From IMG/VR virus record IMGVR_UViG_3300025072_000003: a DNA stretch of 64,000 bases. The stretch is one strand, 5' to 3'. Both the position numbers and the translations under genes were made by a program. Below are positions 20,359-30,126 of this stretch, one piece after another. How positions within the stretch are numbered: position 1 is the stretch's first letter; each line of letters begins with the position of its first letter. This DNA comes from an uncultured virus (IMG/VR IMGVR_UViG_3300025072_000003) (Duplodnaviria > Heunggongvirae > Uroviricota > Caudoviricetes). The notes beneath the pieces are model-generated. The model ran no database searches. It worked only from the letters and a program-made list of their open reading frames with translations, and was not told the DNA's origin.

Positions 20359-20506
20359 GGCGTTTTCTCCAAAGGGTTGATTGTCTTACAGTACGCTATT
20401 GACTGAGATTTAATTATCTGACAACCAAATTAAAACATTCCGCTAATAATAGTGCCAGCCATTAGCGAACCAAACAAAAGTATAAAAATTAAAGTGTTTT
20501 TCATTG

Positions 20507-20803
20507 CTATGCTCCAACAGGCGTAAAAGTAAAATTGCCTTCAGTAAAAGGGGACTTCGCCAACCGAACTCGGGTTTTGAGTTTATTGTCAAATTTCAGG
20601 CTGTTAAAACCTTTCCATTCTGGCGATAACAAGCCTATTGCTCGTTTCGGCAACTTTACCTTACGCTCAAACTCACATTCGCAATCCTCGCAAATTCGTT
20701 GCCCCTCAAAACAACAAATTGCGAAACTTCTGGCTTGCGTGCCATTCAATCGTTGTTGATGCAGCGGAACAGTACAAGCAAAACAGTTGTTGTTAGTTAC
20801 CAT
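20507..20803 (-). CDS. hypothetical Cys-containing protein
   Basis: GAGGA RBS; CFAC...CEDC. Confidence 0.65.
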   Translation of the reverse strand: MVTNNNCFACTVPLHQQRLNGTQARSFAICCFEGQRICEDCECEFERKVKLPKRAIGLLSPEWKGFNSLKFDNKLKTRVRLAKSPFTEGNFTFTPVGA

Positions 20804-20966
20804 TTTAGTCCTCAGGTGGTTGGTGTTTCGTTCAATACGCTATTGACTGAGATTTAATTATCTGACAACAAAATTAAAAACTTTTGGGCAGGGACGGCAG
20901 GGTACAATTTACCCTGATAACTAAGAGCAATTAAATTAAAATTATAAATTTTAATTTAACGCCCAG

Positions 20967-21039
20967 TGACACGGACGGGAATCGAACCCGCGTAGGCGAG
21001 ATTGAAAGTCTCGCTGCAAAACCAGCATCGCACCGCGCC
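20967..21039 (-). tRNA. tRNA-Glu (TTC)
   Basis: Acceptor GGCGCGG/CCGTGTC; anticodon arm CGAGA-CTTTCAA-TCTCG; T arm GCGGG-TTCGATT-CCCGT; no encoded CCA. Confidence 0.85.
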
Positions 21040-21047
21040 CCTTTGTG

Positions 21048-21235
21048 TGGCTAGGTCAGGATGGAATCGAACCATCATTACGTCCAAATCGTTCAACGCT
21101 AGTTGCTCGCTGTCCCCAACTAAGGCTTACGCGCGATTGCCCCGCAACTAACTTGATGGTTTAGATCAGACCATCACAGATTGACTTGGTTAGCCAATAT
21201 CCACCGCAACCGTGCGAGTTGCAGCTTACTAACCC
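21048..21235 (-). ncRNA. ~188-nt tRNA-like structured RNA (acceptor stem and T arm around a multi-hairpin insert)
   Basis: 5' GGGTTAG pairs with 3' CTGACCT, followed by AGCCA; T arm GATGG-TTCGATT-CCATC; four internal stems. Confidence 0.6.
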
Positions 21236-21274
21236 TCATGTTTCGCTATTGACTGAGAATTAAACTTCTGACAA

Positions 21275-21661
21275 CTAACTTGCTAATTCTGCATTGGTTG
21301 TCAATTTTAGCTTCTCGATTGTATCTAAATCACTAGGCGTAAGGCTTAATAGCATTTCAGTCGCCTCTAGTCCATCCGTAATCATCTTATGCCGAATGTG
21401 TTTAGTCCAAGCGGCATTAAACTCATCTTCGGTTAGACGGGCATTATGAGCGTCGAATGTGCCACCATCAATCAGATTGAGGTGTCGCCCAGTTGACTGT
21501 CCCCAATCGTTGGTACGGACAAACAAGTCGCCTTTGACGCGAAATGCTACCACTACGGTACGCGAGTAATAAATTGCAACACCATCACAAATGATTTTAA
21601 TGGTATCGCCGTAGCTACTCTTACTCTCGCCGTAGCTTTCAATATCTGGTTTCATCCACAT
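21275..21661 (-). CDS. hypothetical phage protein (cassette)
   Basis: GGAGA RBS; TAG flush with element. Confidence 0.8.
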   Translation of the reverse strand: MWMKPDIESYGESKSSYGDTIKIICDGVAIYYSRTVVVAFRVKGDLFVRTNDWGQSTGRHLNLIDGGTFDAHNARLTEDEFNAAWTKHIRHKMITDGLEATEMLLSLTPSDLDTIEKLKLTTNAELAS

Positions 21662-21735
21662 AGTATGTTTTCTCCGTTAGGGGGTTGCTTGCACAAACTG
21701 CTATTGACTGAGAATTAAACTTCTGACAACTAAAT

Positions 21736-21963
21736 TTAACTTCCCTGCCCCATGCCTAGCTGATTAAGTTCTGTTTCATCAAACTTGTAATGGGTATACA
21801 AGCCACGTTTTACTGACACTTGCACACGTTCAAGAGATCGCTTCCACGTCTTTGGCTTGCCGATCACTTTCCATCGTTGCGGTGTCCCATCGACGTTTTT
21901 CTCGCTGACGTGATGAACGAAATCGCCGGGGGTTAGGCTTTTGGCTTGGGCTAGTGTAATCAT
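21736..21963 (-). CDS. hypothetical protein (cassette)
   Basis: GGAGA RBS; between elements. Confidence 0.75.
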   Translation of the reverse strand: MITLAQAKSLTPGDFVHHVSEKNVDGTPQRWKVIGKPKTWKRSLERVQVSVKRGLYTHYKFDETELNQLGMGQGS

Positions 21964-22040
21964 CGTGTTTTCTCCAGAGTGAGTGATTGTTTGTGTTACA
22001 ATTGGTTATTGACTGAGATTTAATTATCTGACAACTAAAT

Positions 22041-22484
22041 TTAAGGTCCAATGTAAAATTCGGCGTATGGGTTTTTGCCCATCACAAACTTTTTGCCATT
22101 CCACACAATATCCTGAAGATAAACCCGACCGCCAGAGCACGTACCCTCTCGGCAATCATGCTCCCACGCTTCGTGAGTATCGAACCCTTCAGCCGAACGT
22201 AGATCGCTGGAAAGCTCTTGATAAAACAACGCATTAACATCGTCGTCGGTCCACGCTGCGCGTTCCTCATCATCCCACGCACCAAATTCACCAAACCAAT
22301 CGCGGGCAGCTTCTATTTGCTCACTGGTTGTTAGGAGAGGTTTTTCGCTGGCTTGCTCCAAAGAGTTTTGCCAAGTAACGCGACCAGCATCTTCGCCATG
22401 CTCAGCAATGCTTCCAGATAGCTCGTAGGCGTCAACATCATCGGTGAAAAATGATAATACGTTAATTTCCATTTGAATCTCCAA
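22041..22484 (-). CDS. acidic hypothetical protein (cassette)
   Basis: WFGEFGAWDDEE motif; GGAGA RBS near internal ATG. Confidence 0.8.
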   Translation of the reverse strand: MEIQMEINVLSFFTDDVDAYELSGSIAEHGEDAGRVTWQNSLEQASEKPLLTTSEQIEAARDWFGEFGAWDDEERAAWTDDDVNALFYQELSSDLRSAEGFDTHEAWEHDCREGTCSGGRVYLQDIVWNGKKFVMGKNPYAEFYIGP

Positions 22485-22595
22485 AGGTTTGATTTACAAT
22501 TGGCTATTGACTGAGATTTAATTATCTGACAACCAATTTAAAAAAAACGTCCGACCATACTCGGGGAAGCATGATCGGACTTAACCGCACTACTA

Positions 22596-24281
22596 CTATG
22601 CGGCTAATTCAGATTTACTACGCAACTCAGCAACATTACCCACAGTCTCGATATAGTTGGTGATTGCGCGAGTGATAGCCACATAGTGTGCATTCGATTC
22701 CTGCTTCTTTTGCTCCTCGCTAGTCGCCTTAGGGTGGGGACATAGTTCGGGGTGGATATGAATCACCGTATCGGCTTCACTGCCCTTAGCACGATGGATA
22801 GTGCTAAGAATGACGCAACCATTGCTTGACTTCGGCGGCATGAAAACTTCGTCGATTTTCGACTTGACTTCGGCAACCGAAAAACAACTTTCGGAAAGCA
22901 ACTCAATTACTTCCAACCGCTCTTTGTGTTCAGCCAACTTATAACCAGTAGTGTTGACTGCGCGGTCATTGATCCAAACTTGAGCGCGGTTGATCATCTC
23001 ACCAACATCGGTTGTGGCTCTTTCGCCATTCCCGGTTGCCCACATATCAACATACCACTTCAAAAGCATAGCCTCTTTGTCGCCACCACGCATATAAAAC
23101 TTGCGACCGATGGTAGCATAGAAACGAGCAATTTGAACCAATGGGGCATTGGTGCGACAGATCAGCATGCAATCTTCGCCAGCAGTTTCAACCAAATCAA
23201 AAAGACAAGCCTCTTTCACAACGCTACCCTTAGGTGCGCCCGGTCTGGCTTGAATATCAGATACGATCTTTTGCGCCTCTTCAATAACAGCCAAGCTATT
23301 GCGATAGGACACTGGCATAGGCAATTCTAGGCAACCACGATCACTGCCAGTGAGAATTGCGTTGATCCGATCAAACGCATCATGCCGAGCGCCCCGGAAA
23401 GCGTACAACGATTGTTCGGGATCACCAACAGCCATAATCCTAGTGCCAGCATCATTGAATTGTTCCAACAACCATAACTGGCAATTGTTCCAATCTTGAC
23501 ACTCATCGACAAAGACGAAATCAAAACTAGGCAAGGGGAGATTGTACACAACGACCAACCATAACATGTCGTCGAAATTGTATCGGTATGTTTCAACGTC
23601 CATAGCCAATTCTAGACACTCCACAGTCATTTTGACAGCTTCGTCTAACAAATCGGATGGAATACCCAAATCGTAATCTTCGTCTAGCAAACGGATCAAA
23701 TCAACGTCATCGGGGCATAGACCATCGGCTTTAGCCTTAGAAACTAAATCCGACACTTGCGTCCACATCACTTCATGTTTTTCCTTCTCACCGATAACTT
23801 TAATCATAATATCGGCATCTTTGAACTTGTTGATTCGCTTCCGCCCCCACTTGGAACGAATCGCTGCCATGCCAGCACTATGGGTGGTGCCAGCTTCGGC
23901 ACCAGTACCGAACAAATTGTCCTTTAATCGCTTGCCATCGGCTGTACCGAAAGCGTAAGCGGCAACCGAACCATTATGGTCACTGGTGTAACCGTGAATG
24001 CCCTCACATTGGACGGTTGTTTTGCCACTGCCAGCGCGAGCTTTGACCAGAATGTGTGGACCATCATGCCCACTTGCAACAGCATCATAGACAGCAGATT
24101 GATATTGATCTTTGCGAATCAATGGCAACTTAGATTCGCGGGCTTCACGTACTTCACACTTGTCAGCAGCATGATACGTAACCCACTTGCCATTTTGCTT
24201 CTTAATGAATCCCTTGCCTTTAGGGACACTGCAACCGCACTCAATACAAATACCAGCAAACTTGTTAGCTTTAGACATCAA
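22596..24281 (-). CDS. SF1A UvrD/Rep/PcrA-like DNA helicase with N-terminal Zn-ribbon
   Basis: Motif I ARAGSGKTT; motif II VFVDECQD; motif III VGDPEQSLYAFRGA; motif IV SYRN; motif V STIHRAKGSE; motif VI YVAITRA. Confidence 0.93.
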   Translation of the reverse strand: MMSKANKFAGICIECGCSVPKGKGFIKKQNGKWVTYHAADKCEVREARESKLPLIRKDQYQSAVYDAVASGHDGPHILVKARAGSGKTTVQCEGIHGYTSDHNGSVAAYAFGTADGKRLKDNLFGTGAEAGTTHSAGMAAIRSKWGRKRINKFKDADIMIKVIGEKEKHEVMWTQVSDLVSKAKADGLCPDDVDLIRLLDEDYDLGIPSDLLDEAVKMTVECLELAMDVETYRYNFDDMLWLVVVYNLPLPSFDFVFVDECQDWNNCQLWLLEQFNDAGTRIMAVGDPEQSLYAFRGARHDAFDRINAILTGSDRGCLELPMPVSYRNSLAVIEEAQKIVSDIQARPGAPKGSVVKEACLFDLVETAGEDCMLICRTNAPLVQIARFYATIGRKFYMRGGDKEAMLLKWYVDMWATGNGERATTDVGEMINRAQVWINDRAVNTTGYKLAEHKERLEVIELLSESCFSVAEVKSKIDEVFMPPKSSNGCVILSTIHRAKGSEADTVIHIHPELCPHPKATSEEQKKQESNAHYVAITRAITNYIETVGNVAELRSKSELAA

Positions 24282-24366
24282 TTTTCCCCGTTGAAGTCAA
24301 GTAGTAGTAGTAACTTACAATACGCTATTGATCGAGAATTGATTGTCTGACAACATTCTCAAAAAA

Positions 24367-24579
24367 GATTACACTAGAATGCAGGTAGGACTATATCGCT
24401 AGTTCTATAACCCCGACAACCAAGCCAGAGTGGGACTTGCACCAAATTCATAAGTTGAGGGGCATGCCGTATTGCCTCAAACTGACCTACCTTGCAAAGT
24501 AGGGCGAATTTTTGCCTTTCAGTTGCAACACCAAAAAGCCACATGGCGATTGTAGAACTAACTGCATTCCAGTGTAACC
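24367..24579 (-). ncRNA. ~213-nt structured RNA occupying a whole cassette
   Basis: Ends pair over 16+ bp (TTACACTGGAATGCAG / CTGCATTCTAGTGTAA); second stem TAGTTCTACAA / TTATAGAACTA; T-run after the 3' end; no ORF of 60 aa or more. Confidence 0.6.
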
Positions 24580-25004
24580 TCTCGGCTACAATCGGTTATT
24601 GATCGAAAGCAAACTATCTGACAACCAATTTAAAAGTTTTCAAAACCAAAAGCATAGGGTACAATTTAGCCTAATATCATCCTACATTGTACCCAACCGC
24701 TACGCAAAAAGCAATTACCTATCAAGGTATTGCTTACACTCAAGTTCACTATCGAAAGCGGCAACGTAACGACCCATCTTGAGCGCTTCCCATTGCCATT
24801 CTACCCACTTGTATATGAACCATTCGCCAGTATGTGTGTTTCGGACGATTGCGTGATTCTTATAAGGAGTCATATCAGTTAGCCTTAAAAATTAAAACGC
24901 CCCAACCAGAGAAGAGGTTGAAAACCCTGGTTGGGACGCGAAGCAAAGAAACGAAGAAACGAACTTAACAATACGCTATTGACTGAGAATCAACAATCTG
25001 ACAA

Positions 25005-25373
25005 CTAAATTCCCCAGATTGGGAAATAGTTATCCAAAACGAACGCCTTGCAATCGTCTGGCAGTTCGGTGAACTCAATACGCTTGCCTAAATGATTTTT
25101 ACGCCCCACTGGGATAGTCCAACCATTGTTGGTATCAATTGGCGTTAATGACTCACCGTGACATCCCATGCCCATTGGGTGGAAGGGATAGGCACTCATG
25201 CCAAGGTGAATGAATTGCCCGTCAGTACGCTTACGGTAACGACCTGAGAATACCACTGTATATCGGTCAGCTACGCTATCGCCAGCATCATAGCATCGGA
25301 CGTTGGTGGGCACACCATTGGGACAAAACTTGTTGTATCGCTTTTGATCGGTAATTGCAGGAATCATTTTCAC
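25005..25373 (-). CDS. hypothetical phage protein (cassette)
   Basis: YDAG...DRYTVVF...HLGKRIEF; TAG flush with element. Confidence 0.8.
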   Translation of the reverse strand: MKMIPAITDQKRYNKFCPNGVPTNVRCYDAGDSVADRYTVVFSGRYRKRTDGQFIHLGMSAYPFHPMGMGCHGESLTPIDTNNGWTIPVGRKNHLGKRIEFTELPDDCKAFVLDNYFPIWGI

Positions 25374-25425
25374 TCTCCAAAGGGGCGTTTTAATTTAACT
25401 CTTACAATACGCTATTGACTGAGAA

Positions 25426-25875
25426 TCAAACTTCTGACAACCTTTGTTTTTTTTGCTCCAAATCATTAACCATTGTCTGTTGACGCCTAACAGTAGCTTG
25501 TGCCTCTTTCAATACTCTGTACTCACGATCAATTGCCCGATCAATACATTGTAACTCGGCTAACCTACGAAGCTCATCAATGTTCTCTACACTCTCTAAT
25601 GCTTCTGACAACAATTGAGGGATTACCCTACTGGCTTTTTTTATAGCCGAATAGGAAGCATCACCACCACTAAAGCTAACGCCATCCCTTGACGACCACC
25701 TGCCATCTGCACCACGTTGCAAGTGTAAGCTGTATACACGATCACAACCGTTGATTCTTACCTTGCCTTGATGCACACAAGCATTGTTCTCGCCAGATAT
25801 GGTAACGTGCTGGGGTTCTTCGGTAAAGTCAACTCGATCTGCTTTGCCAGCATTTACTACGGCTGTTTGAAACAT
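25426..25875 (-). CDS. hypothetical protein with C-terminal coiled coil
   Basis: GAGGA RBS; ends LSEV* in element. Confidence 0.8.
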   Translation of the reverse strand: MFQTAVVNAGKADRVDFTEEPQHVTISGENNACVHQGKVRINGCDRVYSLHLQRGADGRWSSRDGVSFSGGDASYSAIKKASRVIPQLLSEALESVENIDELRRLAELQCIDRAIDREYRVLKEAQATVRRQQTMVNDLEQKKQRLSEV

Positions 25876-25995
25876 TGCATATCCTCTTGAGTTAAATTAA
25901 AACGCCCCCAGTGCGCCATGGTACTGGACTTACTTTCGCTGGACGGCGTTAGTGGCTTACAATAGGCTATTGACTGAGAATTAAACTTCTGACAA

Positions 25996-26472
25996 CTATT
26001 TCCGAATGACGGTTAAATAATCGCCTTCACCGAATTTGAATAGGCGGTCATCGTGGAAAAATCTTATCTCAACAGAAAAATGAACTGCACTTACAATATC
26101 GACCGTTTCGACTTGCTTTTTTTCTTCTCCATATAAAATAACCCATTGCCCAGATTCTATGTCGCAGGCTTCCACTGAAACCAATTCCTCCTCCAATTGC
26201 TCACACTTCTTACAGTATGGTTCGTCTTTATCATTTTCTACCGGGACATATTCAATTTCGCTTTCTGGATGAATGTCTCCACACAAAATGCACTTTTGGT
26301 GTGGAACGAACCATTCCTCATACCATTCAAGCATACCTGCCCAAACGTCGTCGCTTTCTTTAAGAAACATAACCCCGTTACCTGCCTTGTCTCGGAAAGT
26401 CATAATCTTTCCAGTAGTATCAGATTCAAGGGTGATAGTCGTATTGTCTGGTGTCATAGTAGTTGTCTCCAT
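25996..26472 (-). CDS. hypothetical protein (cassette)
   Basis: CILC...CKKC; TAG flush with element. Confidence 0.75.
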   Translation of the reverse strand: METTTMTPDNTTITLESDTTGKIMTFRDKAGNGVMFLKESDDVWAGMLEWYEEWFVPHQKCILCGDIHPESEIEYVPVENDKDEPYCKKCEQLEEELVSVEACDIESGQWVILYGEEKKQVETVDIVSAVHFSVEIRFFHDDRLFKFGEGDYLTVIRK

Positions 26473-26508
26473 TGATTGGCTATTGACTGAGAATTAAACT
26501 TCTGACAA

Positions 26509-27066
26509 CTATTCCTGAAACAATTGATACCATTCATCGTAATTGTCATCGTCGGGGCGTCGAATGTCCTCGCAATTACCATTACAATCAATGTATCTAA
26601 TTGCACCATCAATATCCGGTGCTTCAAGTGCGCCACCGCAAGCCAACTCAATTTCGTCCAATGGGGGCGTAAATTTTCTTATCTGTTCATCTCGATCAGC
26701 AGCTTCGCCAGAATCCAACTCACGTCCACCACACGTTGGTTGTGACGCCAATAGTGTCTTGATCGCATCACCATCAACGCCTGTAACGACATCCCCTATC
26801 CCACCAATTGGGTCCAACTCATTCAAATTAAGAATGTTTGTCTCTGGCGATTCTAGCCCACCAATCTGGACTGAGGCTTCATCTTTGAAATAACACAAAG
26901 TCTCTTCCAATGCCTCACGCATCACAAGCGAGTCTGTTACCGTTTGTGGCATATCGTTTTCGTCTGCAAGCATGACGCAGGCTTCTATTGCGTCCTCATG
27001 CGACGTACACTCAATCGTGCGACCGATTTTGCCATCATTACCAACATAAATTGCTACGTACTTCAT
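26509..27066 (-). CDS. acidic hypothetical protein (cassette)
   Basis: GGAGA RBS; TAG flush with element. Confidence 0.8.
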   Translation of the reverse strand: MKYVAIYVGNDGKIGRTIECTSHEDAIEACVMLADENDMPQTVTDSLVMREALEETLCYFKDEASVQIGGLESPETNILNLNELDPIGGIGDVVTGVDGDAIKTLLASQPTCGGRELDSGEAADRDEQIRKFTPPLDEIELACGGALEAPDIDGAIRYIDCNGNCEDIRRPDDDNYDEWYQLFQE

Positions 27067-27212
27067 TTTGTCTCTCCAAAGGGTTTTAATTAAATAACCT
27101 AAGACGGCTCACCGTAACAAGGCTGTTAGGGTTACGATCCCCTCAACTTCCACGGGACTGTTGCCATCGTCGGTTATAATGTGTTATTGACTGAGAATTA
27201 AACTTCTGACAA

Positions 27213-27899
27213 CTATTCAGTCGGATTCGTAGAATGAACCAACTGAACAGAAAAGCCGTAGTTGTCATCAAAATTGCCATCTGTTATGCAATCGTTAAAA
27301 TCATCCTCACTTACGCCTTGTTCTGTCAGAATCTCACAAAATCGCTTCTCTGCCATATCGGGGCAATTGTAGGAACTTAGACTGGTTGTTACCCCACTCT
27401 GCAACTCAATCACATTGATTGAATTTATAGCCTTGGGTGCTGGCTTAATTGGCTTTGTACGCTTACCGTTGATAAACATTGCTTTAATATCAAGCAAAAT
27501 ATCTTCTTTCGATATGTGATCTTCGCCGCCACCCCCTTGAATGTATTTTTCAAACTCGCCATCTTCCCCACTGTACCAATCGGCAAACCGTTGTTTTCCT
27601 AACATTTGATAAATGTCCTCTGCCATCTCATCTTGTAGCCTAGATTCACTGGCTTGACGGTTCAACTCATTGCTCACCATCTGATCCGAACTAACAGGCT
27701 GAACCATATTAAACGGCAAATACTCTTCGTAGTGACCATCGGAAACGTCACATTCCAATATGGGATCGCCAAGACCATCCTCATACGTCACCTCATCACC
27801 AGCATAAAACTCTTGAGAAATTGGCTCACCAGCACCGTTATAATTTTGTGTGACGAATCCTACAGTAATCTTCTGGAATGGTTGTCGAAGGCGGTCCAT
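27213..27899 (-). CDS. acidic hypothetical protein (cassette)
   Basis: GGAGA RBS; TAG flush with element. Confidence 0.8.
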   Translation of the reverse strand: MDRLRQPFQKITVGFVTQNYNGAGEPISQEFYAGDEVTYEDGLGDPILECDVSDGHYEEYLPFNMVQPVSSDQMVSNELNRQASESRLQDEMAEDIYQMLGKQRFADWYSGEDGEFEKYIQGGGGEDHISKEDILLDIKAMFINGKRTKPIKPAPKAINSINVIELQSGVTTSLSSYNCPDMAEKRFCEILTEQGVSEDDFNDCITDGNFDDNYGFSVQLVHSTNPTE

Positions 27900-27974
27900 G
27901 ATTGTTTCTCCAAAGGGGTTTTAATTTAATGTTCGTTACAATACGCTATTGACTGAGAATTAAACTTCTGACAA

Positions 27975-28346
27975 TTAAAATAAGCCGTAATCTGTTAAAC
28001 CCAAACTCTTAGCTACTTTGTCGGCTTCATCTTGGCTAGTGAATGTAGCGGCATTGTCATAGTTGGTTGTCCAATACCCTCTACTGGTCAAACTCCAACC
28101 AACGCTTATCCACTCTTCGGGTCCACTAAGGCTTCCTTTACGGATTCTGATTTTGGATGGCGCTAATTCCACTTCTTCTCTCCACACTTCCTCGCTACCC
28201 TCTAATGCCTTGTCGAAGTCCAAGCCATCCCTAGCTGCAATGTGGCGCAAGTCAGTCAGAATGTCCCTCAATGACTCTTGATTGCCAGTACGCTGGGAAT
28301 TGGCGTTCTCATAAATGATTTTCTCTAGCTTGTCTTGATTAGTCAT
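27975..28346 (-). CDS. hypothetical protein (cassette)
   Basis: LRDILTDLRH motif; TAA flush with element. Confidence 0.8.
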   Translation of the reverse strand: MTNQDKLEKIIYENANSQRTGNQESLRDILTDLRHIAARDGLDFDKALEGSEEVWREEVELAPSKIRIRKGSLSGPEEWISVGWSLTSRGYWTTNYDNAATFTSQDEADKVAKSLGLTDYGLF

Positions 28347-28421
28347 AGTCTCTCCAAAGGGTTGATTTACAATACGCTATTGACTGAAAATTATAATTCT
28401 GACAACCAAATAAACAATTTC

Positions 28422-28499
28422 CGTAAGTCGTGAATACCAAAGGACTTACGACGATAAGATATTTACTTGTCGTAAGTCGTTACTATCAACGGACTTACG
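28422..28499. repeat. Two tandem palindromes CGTAAGTC-N13-GACTTACG
   Basis: 28422-28450 and 28471-28499; both have 13-nt spacers. Confidence 0.85.
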
Positions 28500-28594
28500 A
28501 GGTACAATTTACGCTGATAAACCGCAAAAAGTAAAATTAAAACGCCCCCCGCCAAGTCTCTGGAGAACCTTGACGAGGGACACCCTTTGGAATC

Positions 28595-28918
28595 TTACGC
28601 CACAAGCTGTTTTGGCGCACTACGCTTGGTAGCTGGAAGGGCATGAAGGAAGTAAATACGATCCCATTCCGAACCACCAGGACCATACATGAACTCATCC
28701 TTAGATTCTGGCTCACCAGCTTTGCGCCATGCCTCAAAACCACCACCACTCCACCAATAGGAGTAATTAAAGCCACTATACCTATCAGAGGCATGAAGCA
28801 CATGCTCAATCATAGAGCAAATGCCTTTTTTCTCATCGGCACTGATTGTATTACGAGTCAACATCCGATTGCCCCAATTAACCAACTCATCTACCGAAAC
28901 AGTCTTACGCTTTGACAT
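28595..28918 (-). CDS. hypothetical protein (cassette)
   Basis: GGAGA RBS; IEHVLHASDRYSGFNY. Confidence 0.75.
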   Translation of the reverse strand: MSKRKTVSVDELVNWGNRMLTRNTISADEKKGICSMIEHVLHASDRYSGFNYSYWWSGGGFEAWRKAGEPESKDEFMYGPGGSEWDRIYFLHALPATKRSAPKQLVA

Positions 28919-28969
28919 TGCATCTCTCCAAAGGGGGTTAGTTGATTACAATACGCTATTGACTGAGAA

Positions 28970-29305
28970 TTATAATTCTGACAACTGTTTTGGCATATTC
29001 TCCGAATAGGTCGATTCGTCGATATAATCGTATCGCATCGACCGTCCAGCCATATTACCCCACTCTGCGCCAAAGGTTACATTAAACCCCTTGTCGTCGA
29101 ATGATAGCTGTTTGGCTGTTACCTGTAGGTGAGATTCTTTGCCATCGTGAGTCAAAATCACCAACCTACCACCTTGCATACGCACAAACTTGCGGGCGGT
29201 TGGAATCGTTGCACAAGCTACAGCCCCCATTCCAGGGTGCGTCCACATCATATAAGGATTCAAGGCAAGGTATCGTAACAATGAGGCTTTGTTCTTAGGT
29301 TTCAT
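28970..29305 (-). CDS. hypothetical protein, stop inside element
   Basis: GGAGA RBS; ends LSEL*. Confidence 0.75.
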   Translation of the reverse strand: MKPKNKASLLRYLALNPYMMWTHPGMGAVACATIPTARKFVRMQGGRLVILTHDGKESHLQVTAKQLSFDDKGFNVTFGAEWGNMAGRSMRYDYIDESTYSENMPKQLSEL

Positions 29306-29362
29306 AGTCTCTCTCCAAAAGGGGCGTTTTAATTTAACTTACAATTGTCTATTGACTGAGAA

Positions 29363-29878
29363 TTAAACTTCTGACAACTTGGTTGGAAAAAAAGCAGGTT
29401 TCACCTCAACTTCGTATTCACCATTAAATTCTTCATGGAAGTCGTCGTCATTCACTGTAACACAATAGGATTGCGCAAAACAGTTATCAACATCCATAGT
29501 GACGCCTAATTCTTCCCTATCGGGGGAAAACAATACGCCTTGCGTCCAACACGTCGAATCACGCTCGCTAGTAACAACCTGAATTGCCATTGCGCATCCG
29601 TTGTCGAATACAACTTCCTTATCAAATTCAGTCAGACCACTCTTTTTACAATCGCCAGTGGCAATACTGCAAATTTTCTCCATCTCATTTACAATATGGG
29701 GGGCAACAAGCAATGTCTCATAATGAGATTCAGCATCATTGGGTATGCCACTTAAATTATCGGCAACCTCTTTAACCTCTTCATCACTGAGATAATTCAA
29801 GAGGGTAGCAATCAAGTCGCTGTAGCCGTTAATACTAGGCTCAACATTAGCCCAAACTCTATCTTTTTGGTTACTCAT
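29363..29878 (-). CDS. hypothetical protein, stop inside element
   Basis: Ends LSEV*; ATG only 10 nt from the upstream element. Confidence 0.8.
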   Translation of the reverse strand: MSNQKDRVWANVEPSINGYSDLIATLLNYLSDEEVKEVADNLSGIPNDAESHYETLLVAPHIVNEMEKICSIATGDCKKSGLTEFDKEVVFDNGCAMAIQVVTSERDSTCWTQGVLFSPDREELGVTMDVDNCFAQSYCVTVNDDDFHEEFNGEYEVEVKPAFFPTKLSEV

Positions 29879-30126
29879 GTGTTTCCTATTGACTGAGAAT
29901 TAAACTTCTGACAAGTTTTCGGCAAAGTCCGTGTATACGTCACGCAATCTGCAATGCTCTTGAATAAATGTAGATTGTAGGCTGGTGGCGTATTTAATGG
30001 GACAATCCACAATTTCTGGTACTTCTACATCGTATACCTTAATGACTTGTATTCGCACTGTTCTCATAATCTCTCTCCAAAGGGGCGTTATAATTTACTA
30101 TTGACTGAGAATTAAACTTCTGACAA

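Noticed and set aside
21048..21235. tmRNA call for the tRNA-like RNA
   Set aside because: Too short, lacks the G3-U70 alanine determinant and ACCA end, and no convincing tag reading frame was seen.
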